A stretch of DNA of 64,000 nt from the NCBI GenBank assembly GCA_963761335.1, contig CAVXGR010000005.1, positions 224,001 through 288,000 of the forward strand, read 5' to 3'. Within the stretch, counting starts at the first letter, position 1; every line of letters begins with the position of its first letter. The notes beneath the pieces were generated by a model. That model was not told where the DNA came from and did not search any database. It saw only the letters and a list, made by a program, of their open reading frames with translations. This DNA is from an uncultured delta proteobacterium (GTDB lineage: Bacteria > Desulfobacterota > Binatia > HRBIN30 > BPIQ01). Below are positions 18,512 to 29,925 of this stretch, one piece after another. Made by a program: the position numbers and the translations under genes.

Positions 18512-19945
18512 TTACTTTCCGAACCGCTGCAGCGACATCGGATCGAAGAGATTTTCGCGCAGCGGCACGCGGCGCTGGAAGGGCGCCTGCGCGTCGGGGC
18601 GCATGCCGCCGAGGGTAGCGCGGTCCTCCTTGAAGTTCTCGGCGCAGGCCCAGACCTGGGTGCTGGCGGGCAGCCATTCCTGATCCGGCGGTGAGCCAGC
18701 GGGATGATTGATCCTCGCCATCGTCTGGTAGGTGTTGATCAGCTCGCCGTTCCAGCTGAACTTCCGGTTCCACGAGCCGTCCCAGGTCTCGGCGTCGATC
18801 CACAGCTCGATGCGGCCGAAGAGGTAGTACTTGTCCTTGGGAGTGGCCTCGATGATCCACATCGGCCGCTTCGCCAGGCCGGCGTCGATCGGTGCCCAGG
18901 GCAGACCGGTCCAGCCCTCCTGGCGGTAGCCGACGGTCGGCGGATTGCGGTCGGTGAGGATGATCCAGCCGCCGCCGGGAATCGGGTCGATCTTCACCGG
19001 GCCGTTCACCGACTCCGGATCGACGACGCGGAGCCCGTCCTTGTGGCCGATCACCTTCCAGGTGAAGTCCTCCGGCTTGCCGTCGAAGAAGAAGCCGTCG
19101 TCGCCGCTGAGGTCGGAGCCGAGATAGCCGTCGGAGCGGTTCGCCGGGCTCACGGCGCGAACGCGGCGGATGGCGGGCACGTAGGCCCAGACTGAGTCGC
19201 GCTTGTCGGGGTCGCGGTAGCGCCAGGTGAGCGAGGCCGTGCCCTCGAGGTCGGCGGGCTTGAGGGCGGCGCCGAGGAAGCGGCTCTGCAGGTTGAGCGG
19301 GTTCGGCTGGCGATACTTGGGGGTCTGGCCGTCGAAGAACTGAAACCAGCCGTCGGCGACGATTTCGCGGTCGACACCGGTGTGGTTGAGCATGGTGACC
19401 AGGGTGCGGTTGTAGGAGTCGCCGCCGTACCAGTACGCCAGGAACTGGTTCCAGGCGATCTTCACCCCGGCCTTGGGGTCGTGCTCGTCGATCTTCGGGA
19501 AGGGAATGCCGTAGTAGAAGTCCGGCTGCTTTCCGGTGGCGCGATCGATGATGGTGCCGCGGTCGTCGACGTCCAGGCGCGTGGCGTTCTGCTCGGTAGC
19601 GTCGAGGAACGACTTCTCCCAGGTACCGGTTCCCAAGGGGTAGTCGATGATCGGGTTGCGGTACTCTCCCTTGGCGTAGTGCGCCAAGATCTCGGGTGGC
19701 AGCAGATCCTTGGCGAGCTGCGCGTTCTCCTTGCCGAGGACGTCGCCCACCTTCAGCCCGGGTGCTACCTCCGCCCCCGCGGCCGCCGCCTGCGGCGCGG
19801 CTTGCGGCTTGGCGGCGGTCGACTGCGGCGTGGGTTTCGCCGCATCGGCGGCGAAGGCGGCGGGCAGCGGCAGCAGCAGCGCCAGAGCGATTGCGAGACA
19901 GCCGGCGTGGTCGCCGGCGTTGCGGATCAAGTATCGGATGCGCAT
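18512..19945 (-). CDS. DUF1329 domain-containing exported protein
   Basis: Signal peptide; GIPFP, WAYVPAIRRVR, GSDLSGDD, WIIEATPKD, WIDAET. Confidence 0.85.
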   Translation of the reverse strand: MRIRYLIRNAGDHAGCLAIALALLLPLPAAFAADAAKPTPQSTAAKPQAAPQAAAAGAEVAPGLKVGDVLGKENAQLAKDLLPPEILAHYAKGEYRNPIIDYPLGTGTWEKSFLDATEQNATRLDVDDRGTIIDRATGKQPDFYYGIPFPKIDEHDPKAGVKIAWNQFLAYWYGGDSYNRTLVTMLNHTGVDREIVADGWFQFFDGQTPKYRQPNPLNLQSRFLGAALKPADLEGTASLTWRYRDPDKRDSVWAYVPAIRRVRAVSPANRSDGYLGSDLSGDDGFFFDGKPEDFTWKVIGHKDGLRVVDPESVNGPVKIDPIPGGGWIILTDRNPPTVGYRQEGWTGLPWAPIDAGLAKRPMWIIEATPKDKYYLFGRIELWIDAETWDGSWNRKFSWNGELINTYQTMARINHPAGSPPDQEWLPASTQVWACAENFKEDRATLGGMRPDAQAPFQRRVPLRENLFDPMSLQRFGK

Positions 19946-20015
19946 CGATCCCCCTTTGGATGTGAGACCCTCGGATTCAACTGGACCCGGCCGCAGATTT
20001 CAACTGCGGCGCCAC

Positions 20016-20086
20016 GGGACAGGCTACTTCTGCCCTTCGAGATCAGATGAGCGCGGCGGCAACAGCCGCAAAAGTTGCCTGTCCCC
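20016..20086. repeat. About 70-bp hairpin element GGGACAGGCTACTT..AAGTTGCCTGTCCC, family C intact copy
   Basis: Terminal inverted arms; relatives at 61700-62437 (interrupted) and 63926-64000. Confidence 0.8.
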
Positions 20087-20137
20087 CACACCTTTCCTGC
20101 ATTGTCCCCCGATCGCCTCCGTCTAGCATCGACCGTG

Positions 20138-20166
20138 TTGACAAACAAACGTTTGTTCCGTTAAAC
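20138..20166 (+). promoter_or_regulatory. Promoter (-35 TTGACA) overlapped by palindromic operator AACAAACGTTTGTT (20144-20157)
   Basis: Perfect 14-bp AT-rich palindrome, identical to the one at 57786-57799 upstream of the TetR gene. Confidence 0.8.
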
Positions 20167-20174
20167 AACCCCGC

Positions 20175-20651
20175 ATGTCGACGCGCCCGCATCCGGTGAG
20201 CGACTCGGTGGAGCCGATGCACCAGGACATCGTCATGGAGTTTCCGTACACGCGCTCCACCGGCGAGACCGTCGGGCGCTTTCTCGCCGGTCTGAAGGAG
20301 CAGAAGAAGATCTGGGGGCGGCGTGTCGCCGGACAGGGCGTGGTCGTGCCGCCGATCGGCTACTCCGAGATCGACGCCTCTCCTGCCGGCGAATGGGTCG
20401 AGGTGAAGGACAGCGGCGAGGTCACCGCCGTCGCCGTGGTGGAGCAGCCGATCGAGCACCTGCATCCGTTCGCGCAGCGCTTTGCCTTCGTGCTCGTCCG
20501 CCTGGATGGCGCCGACACGGCGATGGCGCACGTGGTGAAGGACGATCTCGACAAGCTGCGGGTGGGAGCGCGCGTGCAGGCGGTGTGGGCGGCGGACGGG
20601 CAGCGCGGCGGCACCATTCGCGACATCGAGTGCTTCCGCGTCGTCGGCTGA
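20175..20651 (+). CDS. DUF35/OB-fold protein (Rv3521 N-half-like)
   Basis: YTRSTGETVGRFLAGLK, FAFVLVRLDGADT, GARVQAVW, GTIRDIECF. Confidence 0.85.
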   Translation: MSTRPHPVSDSVEPMHQDIVMEFPYTRSTGETVGRFLAGLKEQKKIWGRRVAGQGVVVPPIGYSEIDASPAGEWVEVKDSGEVTAVAVVEQPIEHLHPFAQRFAFVLVRLDGADTAMAHVVKDDLDKLRVGARVQAVWAADGQRGGTIRDIECFRVVG

Positions 20652-20698
20652 GAACCGCAAAGGGCGCAGAGAGAGGCGCAAAGGACGCAAAGAAGAGC

Positions 20699-21199
20699 AT
20701 GAACGAGCCGCCCCGGGAGCCGATCACCTACATCAAGACGACGGTGCGGCTGCCGTACCACTACGTCGCCGGCGACTACAAGGCGCGATATCTGCGCGCC
20801 CTGAAGGACAAGGTGATCCTCGGCTCGAAGTGCTCGAAGACCGGCAAGGTCTTCGTGCCGCCGCTGGTGAACTCCCCCGAGAGCTTCGCGCCGGCGGACG
20901 AGTTCGTCGAGGTGCCGGACCGCGGTCTGATCACCACCTTCTGCGTGGTCAACATCCCGGTGATCGGCCGCAACCTCGAGCTGCCCTACGTCGTCGCCTC
21001 GGTCGCCCTCGACGGCGCGGCGCTCTCCATCTTCGCCCTGATCCAGGAGGCGAAGCCGGACGAGGTGCGCATGGGCATGCGCGTCGAAGCGGTGTGGAAG
21101 CCCGATGGCGAGCGCCAGGGCAGCCACGAGGACATCCTCTACTTCCGCCCCACCGGCGAGCCCGACGCACCCCTCGAATCCTTCATCCACCGCCTGTGA
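20699..21199 (+). CDS. DUF35/OB-fold protein (Rv3521 C-half-like)
   Basis: KVFVPP, GLITTFCVVNIP, LPYVVASVALDGA, VRMGMRVEAVW, YFRPTGEPDAP. Confidence 0.87.
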   Translation: MNEPPREPITYIKTTVRLPYHYVAGDYKARYLRALKDKVILGSKCSKTGKVFVPPLVNSPESFAPADEFVEVPDRGLITTFCVVNIPVIGRNLELPYVVASVALDGAALSIFALIQEAKPDEVRMGMRVEAVWKPDGERQGSHEDILYFRPTGEPDAPLESFIHRL

Positions 21200-21204
21200 G
21201 ATCC

Positions 21205-22319
21205 ATGTCGCTGCGCAACGTCGCCGTCGTCGGCTTCGCCCAGGAACCCATCGTCGCCCGTGACCAGCACCGCACGGCGCAGGAGATGCTCTACCCGCAG
21301 GTGCGGCGGGCGCTCGCCGACTGCGGCGTGGCCCGCGACGACATCGACTACCAGGTGGCGGGCTCCGCCGACTACATCGACGGGCGGCCGTTCGGCTTCG
21401 TCGCCTCGCTCGACTACATGGGCTCCTGGCCGCCGCGGCAGGACCTCCATCTGGAGATGGACGCCGCCTTCGCCGCCTATTACGCCTGGCTGCGCCTGCA
21501 GACCGGCGAATGCGACACCGCCATGGTGGTGGGCTACGGCAAGACCTCGGAGGGCGAGCCCGACGTGGTGCTGAACCTCCAGCTCGAGCCCTTCTACCAG
21601 GGCGCCATCGGCCTCGACCCGACCTCGACCGCAGCTCTGCAGGCGAGCGCCTACATGGCGCGCAGTGGCGCTACGGATCGCACCTTCGCGGAGGTGGCGG
21701 CGCGCCGCCGCGCCGCCGGGGCCCGCAACCCCGACGCGCAGGTGCGCGAGCCCGCTTCCGCCGACGACCTGCAGCGCACTCCCTTTGCGGTGGCGCCGCT
21801 GCGCCGTGGATACATCCCTCCCGTCGGCGAGAGTGCCGTCTGTCTCATCCTCGCCGCCGAGGGCAAGGCGGAGCGCATGTGCAGCAAGCCCGCCTGGATT
21901 CACGGAGTCGACCAGCGCGCCGAGCTGCAGACCCTGGGGGCGCGCGACCTGTCGCGCAGCGCCGGCGCCCGGATGGCGACGGAGAAGGCGCTGGCGATGG
22001 CCGGCCTCGAGAGTGCCCGCCAGGTCGATGTGCTCGAGCTGATGGCGACCAACCCCGCCGAGGAGCTGATCCTGCGCGAGGCCATGGGCGTTGCGGCGGA
22101 GGGAGGCGTGCCGGCGGTGAACCCCTCGGGCGGACCGCTCACCGGGAACCCGCTGATGATGACCGGTTTGATTCGCCTGGGCGAGGTCTTCCGCCAGCTG
22201 AGCGGCGCGGCCGCGGCGCACGCCGTGAGCGGCGCCGAGCGCGGCATCGCCCACGCGGTTGAGGGGCAGTGCCTGCAGCAGAACGTCGTCTGGGTTCTCG
22301 GGCGAGAGCGGAGGTGGAA

Positions 22320-22323
<4 letters not shown>
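21205..22323 (+). CDS. Thiolase-like (SCP-x type) protein, Ltp4-like
   Basis: GSADYIDGRPF, WPPRQDLHLEMDAAFA, YGKTS, NPSGG, GQCLQQNVV. Confidence 0.85.
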
Positions 22324-23471
<1,148 letters not shown>

Positions 23472-23554
23472 CTCAGTAGCCCAGTGGCTCGGTAGGTCTG
23501 AGTAACGGGCAACCAGTCGATCTCGGCGCCGCAATTCCTCTCAAGGAGCATTTC

Positions 23555-24367
23555 ATGTCTGAACCGGCCGTCCTCTATTCGAAGCAGGATCACGTCGCCA
23601 CCGTCACCCTCAACCGCCCGCAGGTGCGCAATGCCCTCAATGCGGAGATGCTCTGCCGTCTGGCCGACGCCTGGCAGAACATCATCGACGACGTCGAGGT
23701 GCGCGCCGCCATTCTCACCGGGGCGGGAGAGGACGCCTTCTGCGCCGGCGCCGATCTCGATCGCCTGGTGAGAATGATGCAGGGGCTGCGGCCACCGGAG
23801 GACGAGTTCGACCACCGCATCAAGAACGACGTCACCATCATCTACAAGGGTCTCCTGCGCAACATCGAGGTGCACAAGCCGATGGTCGCCGCGGTGAAGG
23901 GCTTCTGCGTCGCCGGGGGCATGGAGATCCTGCAGTGCACCGACATCCGCGTCGCCGCCGACGATGCGCAGTTCGGCCTCGCCGAGGTGAAGTGGAGCCT
24001 CTTTCCGATGGGCGGCTCGACGGTGCGGCTGCCGCGACAGATCTCTTACTGTCAGGCGATGGAGATCCTGCTCACCGGCGAGCGCATCCCGGCGCAGGAG
24101 GCGTGGCGCATCGGCCTGATCAACAAGGTCGTGCCGGCGGGAAAGGTGCTGGAGGAGGCGCAGCGCTACGCGTCGCTGCTCGCCGAGAACGGACCGCTGG
24201 CGGTGCAGGCGGTAAAGCGCTCGGTGCTCGCCGGGCTGGGCGTGCCGACGGCGGCGGCGCTCGACAAGGAGTTCGAGATCGGCGTGCCGGTGTCGATGTC
24301 GGAAGACTCGCGGGAAGGGACGAAGGCCTTCAAGGAAAAGCGCAAGCCGGTCTTCAAAGGGAAGTAG
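23555..24367 (+). CDS. Enoyl-CoA hydratase/crotonase (EchA19-like)
   Basis: LNRPQVRNAL, FCAGADL, AGGMEILQCTDIRVA, WSLFPMGGSTVRLPRQI. Confidence 0.92.
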   Translation: MSEPAVLYSKQDHVATVTLNRPQVRNALNAEMLCRLADAWQNIIDDVEVRAAILTGAGEDAFCAGADLDRLVRMMQGLRPPEDEFDHRIKNDVTIIYKGLLRNIEVHKPMVAAVKGFCVAGGMEILQCTDIRVAADDAQFGLAEVKWSLFPMGGSTVRLPRQISYCQAMEILLTGERIPAQEAWRIGLINKVVPAGKVLEEAQRYASLLAENGPLAVQAVKRSVLAGLGVPTAAALDKEFEIGVPVSMSEDSREGTKAFKEKRKPVFKGK

Positions 24368-24412
24368 AGGCGGCGGCGAGGCTGGCAGAGAACCCCGCTG
24401 TTTTCCGTCGAG

Positions 24413-24554
24413 TTCTCCGTTCTCATTCTCGGTTCTCGTCCCGTCGTTTTCCATTGTTCTGCGAGCCGCGGCGAAACCGGTCAGCTGCGGGTTTCTCGGG
24501 GCTGTCAGAGCGAATGGAAAACGACGAGACGAGAACCGGGAATGAGAACGGGAA
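24413..24554. repeat. Long palindromic intergenic element, family A copy 2
   Basis: ccgttctcattctcggttctcgtcccgtcgttttcc ... ggaaaacgacgagacgagaaccgggaatgagaacgg; the spacer is also similar to copy 1. Confidence 0.88.
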
Positions 24555-24632
24555 TGGGGGAGATCCTGCGGTTCCTTCGCCCAACCGACCGGTGTCGCCG
24601 CTTTACCCGCCTGCGGTGATCTGCTGATCTGA

Positions 24633-25649
24633 ATGCCCATGTCCAGGCTTGCGGCGGTCCTCTTCGGACTCTTCCTCGGGCTGGCGCTGGCCGAGGTCGG
24701 CGATCGCCTGGTCACCAACGGGCAGCTGTCGCTGCCGCCGCAGTGGTGGGTGAATGACGCAGACCTGATCTTCCTGCACAACCCGGAGGTCTACCCCCAG
24801 ACCTTCGTCTACGAGGGGCCGTCGCCGCTGCGCGCCGGCGAGGTGCGCATCGCCTGCCTGGGCGGCTCGACGACGGCGGGATACAAGCTGCGCGGCGACC
24901 AGATGTGGCCGGCGGTCGCCGAGCGTGAGCTGCGCCAGAAGGGTGTCGACGCCCAGGTGCTCAACGCCGCCGTCGCCGGCTACGGCAGTCGCCAGCTGCT
25001 GGTCCGCTACCGGCGGGATGTGGCACCGCTCTCGCCCTCATACGTGGTCATCTACGAGGGCTGGAACAAGACGGGTGCCCTGGTGGATCCGGCGGAGTTC
25101 GTTCCCTTCGGTATCGACCTGCCCGGCGAAGGCGTGGCGCGAGGCGCGCTGGTCGGGCTCGGCCGCCACGTTCTGTTGGTGCGCCACGCCATCGGCGCGG
25201 TGAACCGCATCGAAGAGCGCTTCAGCCGCGCCGACTGGAAGCCCGACCAGCATCACGACATCTGGGTCGCCGATATGCGCGCCCTGGTCCAGGAGATCAT
25301 TGCCGACGGCCACACGCCGGTGTTCGTCATCTATCCGGCGCTCTACCACGCCGACATGACGCCGGAGGAGCTCGAGATCTACAAGCCGGAGATCGCCAAC
25401 TGGAAGTACTACCGCCCCAAAATGCTCTGGGAGCTCGGGCGCAAGCACGACGCCATCCGCTCCCTGGCGGCGGAGAACCACTTCCCGGTGATCGACGTCG
25501 AGAAGCAGCTGAGCGGCTACCGCGGCGCGGCGCGCGCCCGCCTCTTCTTCGACGAGATGCACATGACCCGCGACGGCGAAGAGCTCGTCGGCAAGATCGT
25601 CGGCGACGGGCTGGCGGCGATGATCGAGGCGCGCCGGCGGGCCTCGTGA
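24633..25649 (+). CDS. SGNH/GDSL hydrolase family protein, membrane-anchored
   Basis: LGGSTT, NAAVAGY, GWN, DEMH blocks. Confidence 0.85.
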   Translation: MPMSRLAAVLFGLFLGLALAEVGDRLVTNGQLSLPPQWWVNDADLIFLHNPEVYPQTFVYEGPSPLRAGEVRIACLGGSTTAGYKLRGDQMWPAVAERELRQKGVDAQVLNAAVAGYGSRQLLVRYRRDVAPLSPSYVVIYEGWNKTGALVDPAEFVPFGIDLPGEGVARGALVGLGRHVLLVRHAIGAVNRIEERFSRADWKPDQHHDIWVADMRALVQEIIADGHTPVFVIYPALYHADMTPEELEIYKPEIANWKYYRPKMLWELGRKHDAIRSLAAENHFPVIDVEKQLSGYRGAARARLFFDEMHMTRDGEELVGKIVGDGLAAMIEARRRAS

Positions 25650-25653
25650 GCTC

Positions 25654-27009
25654 CTATCGACCCTCGAGCTGGCGCAGCTTCAGGTAGAGGAGCCCCATCA
25701 CCAGGACGATCAGCGCCAGCGGAATCAGCAGGTTGCGGCGCCGGTTCCAGGCCTCCTGCAGAGTCGACTTGGCCGAGGCCTCGGTCTTCTCGGCCGTCTT
25801 GATCGCGGCATCGGCGGCCTTGACCACGACGTTGGGGTCGCCGAGGTGGGTGTCGGTGCGCACCTTGATCAGCGCCGGGCGTACCTCCTCGTTCAGAGTG
25901 TACTGTTCGTCGCTGACCTCCATGCCCATCTGGCTCGCCTTGGTGAGCGTCGCCTCGGCATTGGTCACCACCGTCTGCAGCTGGTCGATCGCCTGGCGCA
26001 TCTCCACGGCGCCCTTGTAGCCGTCGCTGCCGGGTTGGTGGCAGCGCCGGCACACGGCGCCTTCGTCGCCGCCGAGCATGAAATCGCCGGTGTGGTGGAT
26101 CTCGTGGTTGCTGTGGCAGGTGACGCACTGGGGCAAACCGAGGCGATCGAAGGCCGCCTTGTGCGGGCTCTTGAGGAAGTAGGTGGCGTTGTTGACGTGG
26201 CACTGGCCGCACACCTCGGCGATGGAGTTCACCCCCGGCGGGTAGGCGCCGTGGTTGCCGTGACAGTCGTTGCACGCCGGCGCCGAGAAGTCGCGCTGCA
26301 CGAGGAGGGCCTCGGCGTGAACGCTCTTCTTCCACTTTTCCTCCTGATCGGTGGGGATCTTGTACTCCGCCATGTACTGCGGGTTGGAGTGGCAGTGACC
26401 GCAGGTGTCGGGAACGTTGGCCGGAAAGACCTTCGACTCGGCGCGGTCGGGAGGCAGGATGCCGTGCACGCCGTGGCAGCTCACGCAGGTCGCCACCTTC
26501 TGGTCGCCGTTTTTCAAGCGCTGGCCGTGGACGCTCGTCCAGTACTGCGACAGCTGATCGGTCGGCAGCTTCGGGTCGAAGCGGCGCATGTAGGTCTCGT
26601 TCGCGTGACAGCGACCGCAGAACTCCGGGATCTGCTGGTGCTTGGGTGCGCCGCGAAAGCCCTTGGCCGGGTCCATGGCGCTGGGATCCATGACCGTCGG
26701 GTCGCCGCCGTGGCAGTCGGCGCAGGAGAGGCCCTTGTCGGCGTGGATGTCGTGCTCCATTCCCTTCACCGGGGCGCCCAGCTTGTCGGGTAGCACCTTG
26801 TGACACTCGATGCAGCTGTTCACCGCCGGCGTCGTTCCCGCCGCCTCGACCGCCGGCGCCGCCGTGGGTGTGGGCGTCGGCTGGGCCCGGGAGGTACGCG
26901 GCCCGAGGGCGACGATCACCGCGCAGCCGAGCGCAACGAGCAGGCAACGCGCCGAGACCGCGGCGAAGCCGTGCCGCGGCGCGCGCTCAGTAGGGCTTGA
27001 GATACGCAA
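25654..27009 (-). CDS. Nine-heme cytochrome c with C-terminal membrane anchor
   Basis: 9 CxxCH motifs (CIECH, CADCH, CGRCH, CVSCH, CGHCH, CNDCH, CGQCH, CVTCH, CRRCH), signal peptide, C-terminal TM; start codon uncertain. Confidence 0.93.
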   Translation of the reverse strand: MRISSPTERAPRHGFAAVSARCLLVALGCAVIVALGPRTSRAQPTPTPTAAPAVEAAGTTPAVNSCIECHKVLPDKLGAPVKGMEHDIHADKGLSCADCHGGDPTVMDPSAMDPAKGFRGAPKHQQIPEFCGRCHANETYMRRFDPKLPTDQLSQYWTSVHGQRLKNGDQKVATCVSCHGVHGILPPDRAESKVFPANVPDTCGHCHSNPQYMAEYKIPTDQEEKWKKSVHAEALLVQRDFSAPACNDCHGNHGAYPPGVNSIAEVCGQCHVNNATYFLKSPHKAAFDRLGLPQCVTCHSNHEIHHTGDFMLGGDEGAVCRRCHQPGSDGYKGAVEMRQAIDQLQTVVTNAEATLTKASQMGMEVSDEQYTLNEEVRPALIKVRTDTHLGDPNVVVKAADAAIKTAEKTEASAKSTLQEAWNRRRNLLIPLALIVLVMGLLYLKLRQLEGR

Positions 27010-28090
27010 GCGACACCATGGTGATGATGAAGACGATGATCAGCACCCCGATCAGCGTGAACACCGGGCTCCGGCGGTCGCGCGCCGCGTTGCGATCGAG
27101 GAACGGGACCAGAAAGAGGAAGAGGCCGCCCAGGCCGAAGCCACAGATGCCGACGATGTCGCCGTCGATGCCGAGAATCTTGCCGGGCAGATATTTCAAG
27201 CTCTGGGACATGAACGTGAAGTACCACTCCGGGTGGATGCCGGCCGGCGCCGAGGCAAACGGGTCCGCCTTGGCGCCGAGCTCCCAGGGCAGGAAGGTGC
27301 AGAGCACGATCAGGACGCCGAGCACACCGAGCCAGAGGATGGCGTCGCGAAGCATGAACCCGGGGTAGAACGGCATCCCCTCGACCTTCTTCCCCTTCGA
27401 CGAGATCGACTCGCTCATCCCCTGGCGCTGGATGAAGAGGAGATGCAGCCCCAGAACGGCGGTGAAGGCGGCGGGCAGCATGGCGACGTGGATACCGAAG
27501 AACCGCGTCAGGGTGGCGCCGCTGACGCTCTCGCCGCCGCGCAGGAGGTCGGCGATGGCGGGACCCACGACCGGCACGAGACCGGCGATGTCGGTCCCGA
27601 CTTTGGTGGCGAAGAACGCCAGCGTGTTCCAGGGCAGCAGGTAGCCGGAGAAGCCGAAGGTCATGGTCAGCAGCAGCAGCACCATCCCGGTCATCCAGGT
27701 GAGCTCCCGCGGCGGGCGGTAGGCCTTCAGGAAGTAGACGCTGAACATGTGCACGAAGACGGTGAACACCATCAGGTTCGCCGACCACGAGTGCAGCGAG
27801 CGGATCAGCCAGCCGAACGGAACCTGGGTGACGATGAACTGAACGCTCTCGTACGAGCTGTCGGCGCCGGGCTTGTAATAGAAGAGCAGCAGCAGGCCGG
27901 TGGCGACCTGAATGCCGAAGAGAAAGAGGGAGACGCCGCCGAAGTAGTACCAGGTGGAGCTGACGCGGCCTTCCATGGGGACGGTCTTGTGACGCAGGAA
28001 CTCGATCGCCCCACTGATGCCGAGACGCTCGTCGAACCAGCGAGCGACCCCAGACCGAGACGGGCTAGGCGCGCCGGGAGACGACGACAT
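26987..28090 (-). CDS. Cytochrome b (fused b6 + subunit IV type) of a Rieske/cytb complex
   Basis: GWLIRSLHSWSANLM, RELTW, FSGYLLPW, TLTRFFGIH, PEWY. Confidence 0.95.
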   Translation of the reverse strand: MSSSPGAPSPSRSGVARWFDERLGISGAIEFLRHKTVPMEGRVSSTWYYFGGVSLFLFGIQVATGLLLLFYYKPGADSSYESVQFIVTQVPFGWLIRSLHSWSANLMVFTVFVHMFSVYFLKAYRPPRELTWMTGMVLLLLTMTFGFSGYLLPWNTLAFFATKVGTDIAGLVPVVGPAIADLLRGGESVSGATLTRFFGIHVAMLPAAFTAVLGLHLLFIQRQGMSESISSKGKKVEGMPFYPGFMLRDAILWLGVLGVLIVLCTFLPWELGAKADPFASAPAGIHPEWYFTFMSQSLKYLPGKILGIDGDIVGICGFGLGGLFLFLVPFLDRNAARDRRSPVFTLIGVLIIVFIITMVSLAYLKPY

Positions 28091-28517
28091 CCTCACCTCT
28101 CACGTTCACGTCGAACGACTCGAGGGGCGTCGGCGGTGGGCCGCCGACATTCTTCCCGGCGAGATTGTAGCGTCCGTTGTGGCACGGGCACCAGATCAGC
28201 TCGAGGTCGCTGCGGAACTGCACCGTGCAACCGAGGTGCGTGCAGACGGCGGTGAAGGCCCGAAACTGCCCCGACGGCAGGCGGATGAGAATCCCGGGCT
28301 TCGAGCCGAAGCGGAAGATCAGCCCTGAGTTCGGCTTGACCTGATCGGCCTTCGCCGCCACGACACTGCTCGCCGAGGTCTCCTGAACCTTCGGCGTCGT
28401 GAGATAGCGGGTCACCGGGTAGAGCACGGCACCGAGAAAGGCGAGAAGGCCGCCGGACAGGAAGACGTCGAGCAGGCGGCGGCGGCTCACCTCGTTGTCT
28501 GCCGTGTCGGCGCCCAT
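28065..28517 (-). CDS. Rieske [2Fe-2S] protein
   Basis: Tat-like SRRRLL plus TM; CTHLGC and CPCHNG boxes; GPPPTPL. Confidence 0.95.
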   Translation of the reverse strand: MGADTADNEVSRRRLLDVFLSGGLLAFLGAVLYPVTRYLTTPKVQETSASSVVAAKADQVKPNSGLIFRFGSKPGILIRLPSGQFRAFTAVCTHLGCTVQFRSDLELIWCPCHNGRYNLAGKNVGGPPPTPLESFDVNVRGEDVVVSRRA

Positions 28518-28992
28518 CCAGCTTTGTCTGCCAGCGAACAGCTGTTGCGTCAAGGTGGAAAGTCGCGGAATGTCCAGACTTGTCGCGACCACACAGGGCG
28601 TGCCCTGGGCAGAGCATTTGACTCGACTCGCCGCCTGCTCGATGGTTTGCTCCCATGGAAGACCGTCTGGAGCTTCGGCGAGCGACCGCTGCGGACCTCG
28701 AAACCTCTGGCTAGGTTCATGTGCCCCCCGGCGCTCCGTGATCGTAGCCGGGGGTTTCAACCCCCGGCGGGCGGGAACGATGTCCCTCCGCACCAAAGAA
28801 GCGGCGCGGCAGTGCACGAGGAAAGCGGCGAGACGCCGCTTCTACTTGGCTCACTTGCCGTTGGAAAGCATTCGCCGCCGCTCAGGCGGCGGCCAGTCGC
28901 CGAACGAGTCGCGATGGTCGCCGCGAGGTCCAGCGGCGCCGTATGCATCGGTTCTTCCGGGGACGCCGCCGCTGTTGTATGGTCGCCGCACC

Positions 28993-29703
28993 ATGCGCAT
29001 CTCGGGGCTCTTCGAGGACATCACCGCCCCCTACGGCGCCGTCCAGGCGTGGACCTACGATCGCATCATCGCGCCTGCGGTCACGGAGCTTCTCGAAGGG
29101 AATCTCGGCGAGATCATCGACGAGATTCCCGAAGGCGCCCAGATGCTCGACGTCGGCTGCGGCGGCGGTCAGGCCCTCGAGCTGCTTGCCGGGCGGCGGC
29201 CCGACCTCCGCCTCCACGGCGTCGACCTGTCGCCGGGTCAGGTGGCGCGGGCGCGCGCTCGACTCCGCAATCGCGCCACCATCGTCGAGGGCAGTGCTCT
29301 CGCGCTCCCCTACGCCAGCGACCGCTTCGACTTCGTCTTCAGCGACGCCTCGATCAAACATTGGACCGATCCCGCCCGAGGGCTTCGCGAGTGCGTCCGC
29401 GTGCTCCGCCCCGGCGGCCACCTGGTCGTCACCGAAGCCGACCGCGGCTGCCGTCTCGAGGACGCCGCCGCCTTCGTCCGCAAGTGGTGGCTGCCGCGGG
29501 CCGTGTCGCCGCTCACTCTGGCGTTCTTCCGCACCTGGGTCGCCGGCCGGGCTTTCGATCTCGCCGAGCTCGAAGCTTTTGCCGCGGCGCTGCCGCTCGA
29601 CGAGTGGCGGGTGTGGCGAATCGAGGGCACGCCCGGAATTGCGCTCGAGGGCGTCAAGCACCCGAAGCCGCAGTCGGGCAAACGCCGGAAGAAAAGTGAC
29701 TGA
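28993..29703 (+). CDS. Class I SAM-dependent methyltransferase
   Basis: LDVGCGGG, GVDLS, LPYASDRFD, RVLRPGG. Confidence 0.9.
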   Translation: MRISGLFEDITAPYGAVQAWTYDRIIAPAVTELLEGNLGEIIDEIPEGAQMLDVGCGGGQALELLAGRRPDLRLHGVDLSPGQVARARARLRNRATIVEGSALALPYASDRFDFVFSDASIKHWTDPARGLRECVRVLRPGGHLVVTEADRGCRLEDAAAFVRKWWLPRAVSPLTLAFFRTWVAGRAFDLAELEAFAAALPLDEWRVWRIEGTPGIALEGVKHPKPQSGKRRKKSD

Positions 29704-29856
29704 GAAACGATCGCCTCGAGGAGCGGCAAGCGAATCACCACCGGCAAGCAGTGAGGCAAGCAGGTAGGATTTGAGCGGGCGCCGGGCATCCAGCTAACCG
29801 CGGTAGGTACGCCCGGTGCGGCGATAGCTCGCGGCCGAGCGGATTCGGGCGGCCAT

Positions 29857-29925
29857 CCGAGTGCCTCCGCCGCGAACTCGTCGCCGCTCAAGACGCGCAG
29901 CCCATAGGGCCGCAGCGAGGGGTTG
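29857..29925 (-). pseudogene. 3' remnant of a PIN/VapC toxin gene
   Basis: Encodes SLRPYGLRVLSGDEFAAEALG versus SLLRYGVQVLSAEEFASGALG at the end of vapC (41789-41855); nucleotide similarity is also visible. Confidence 0.6.
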
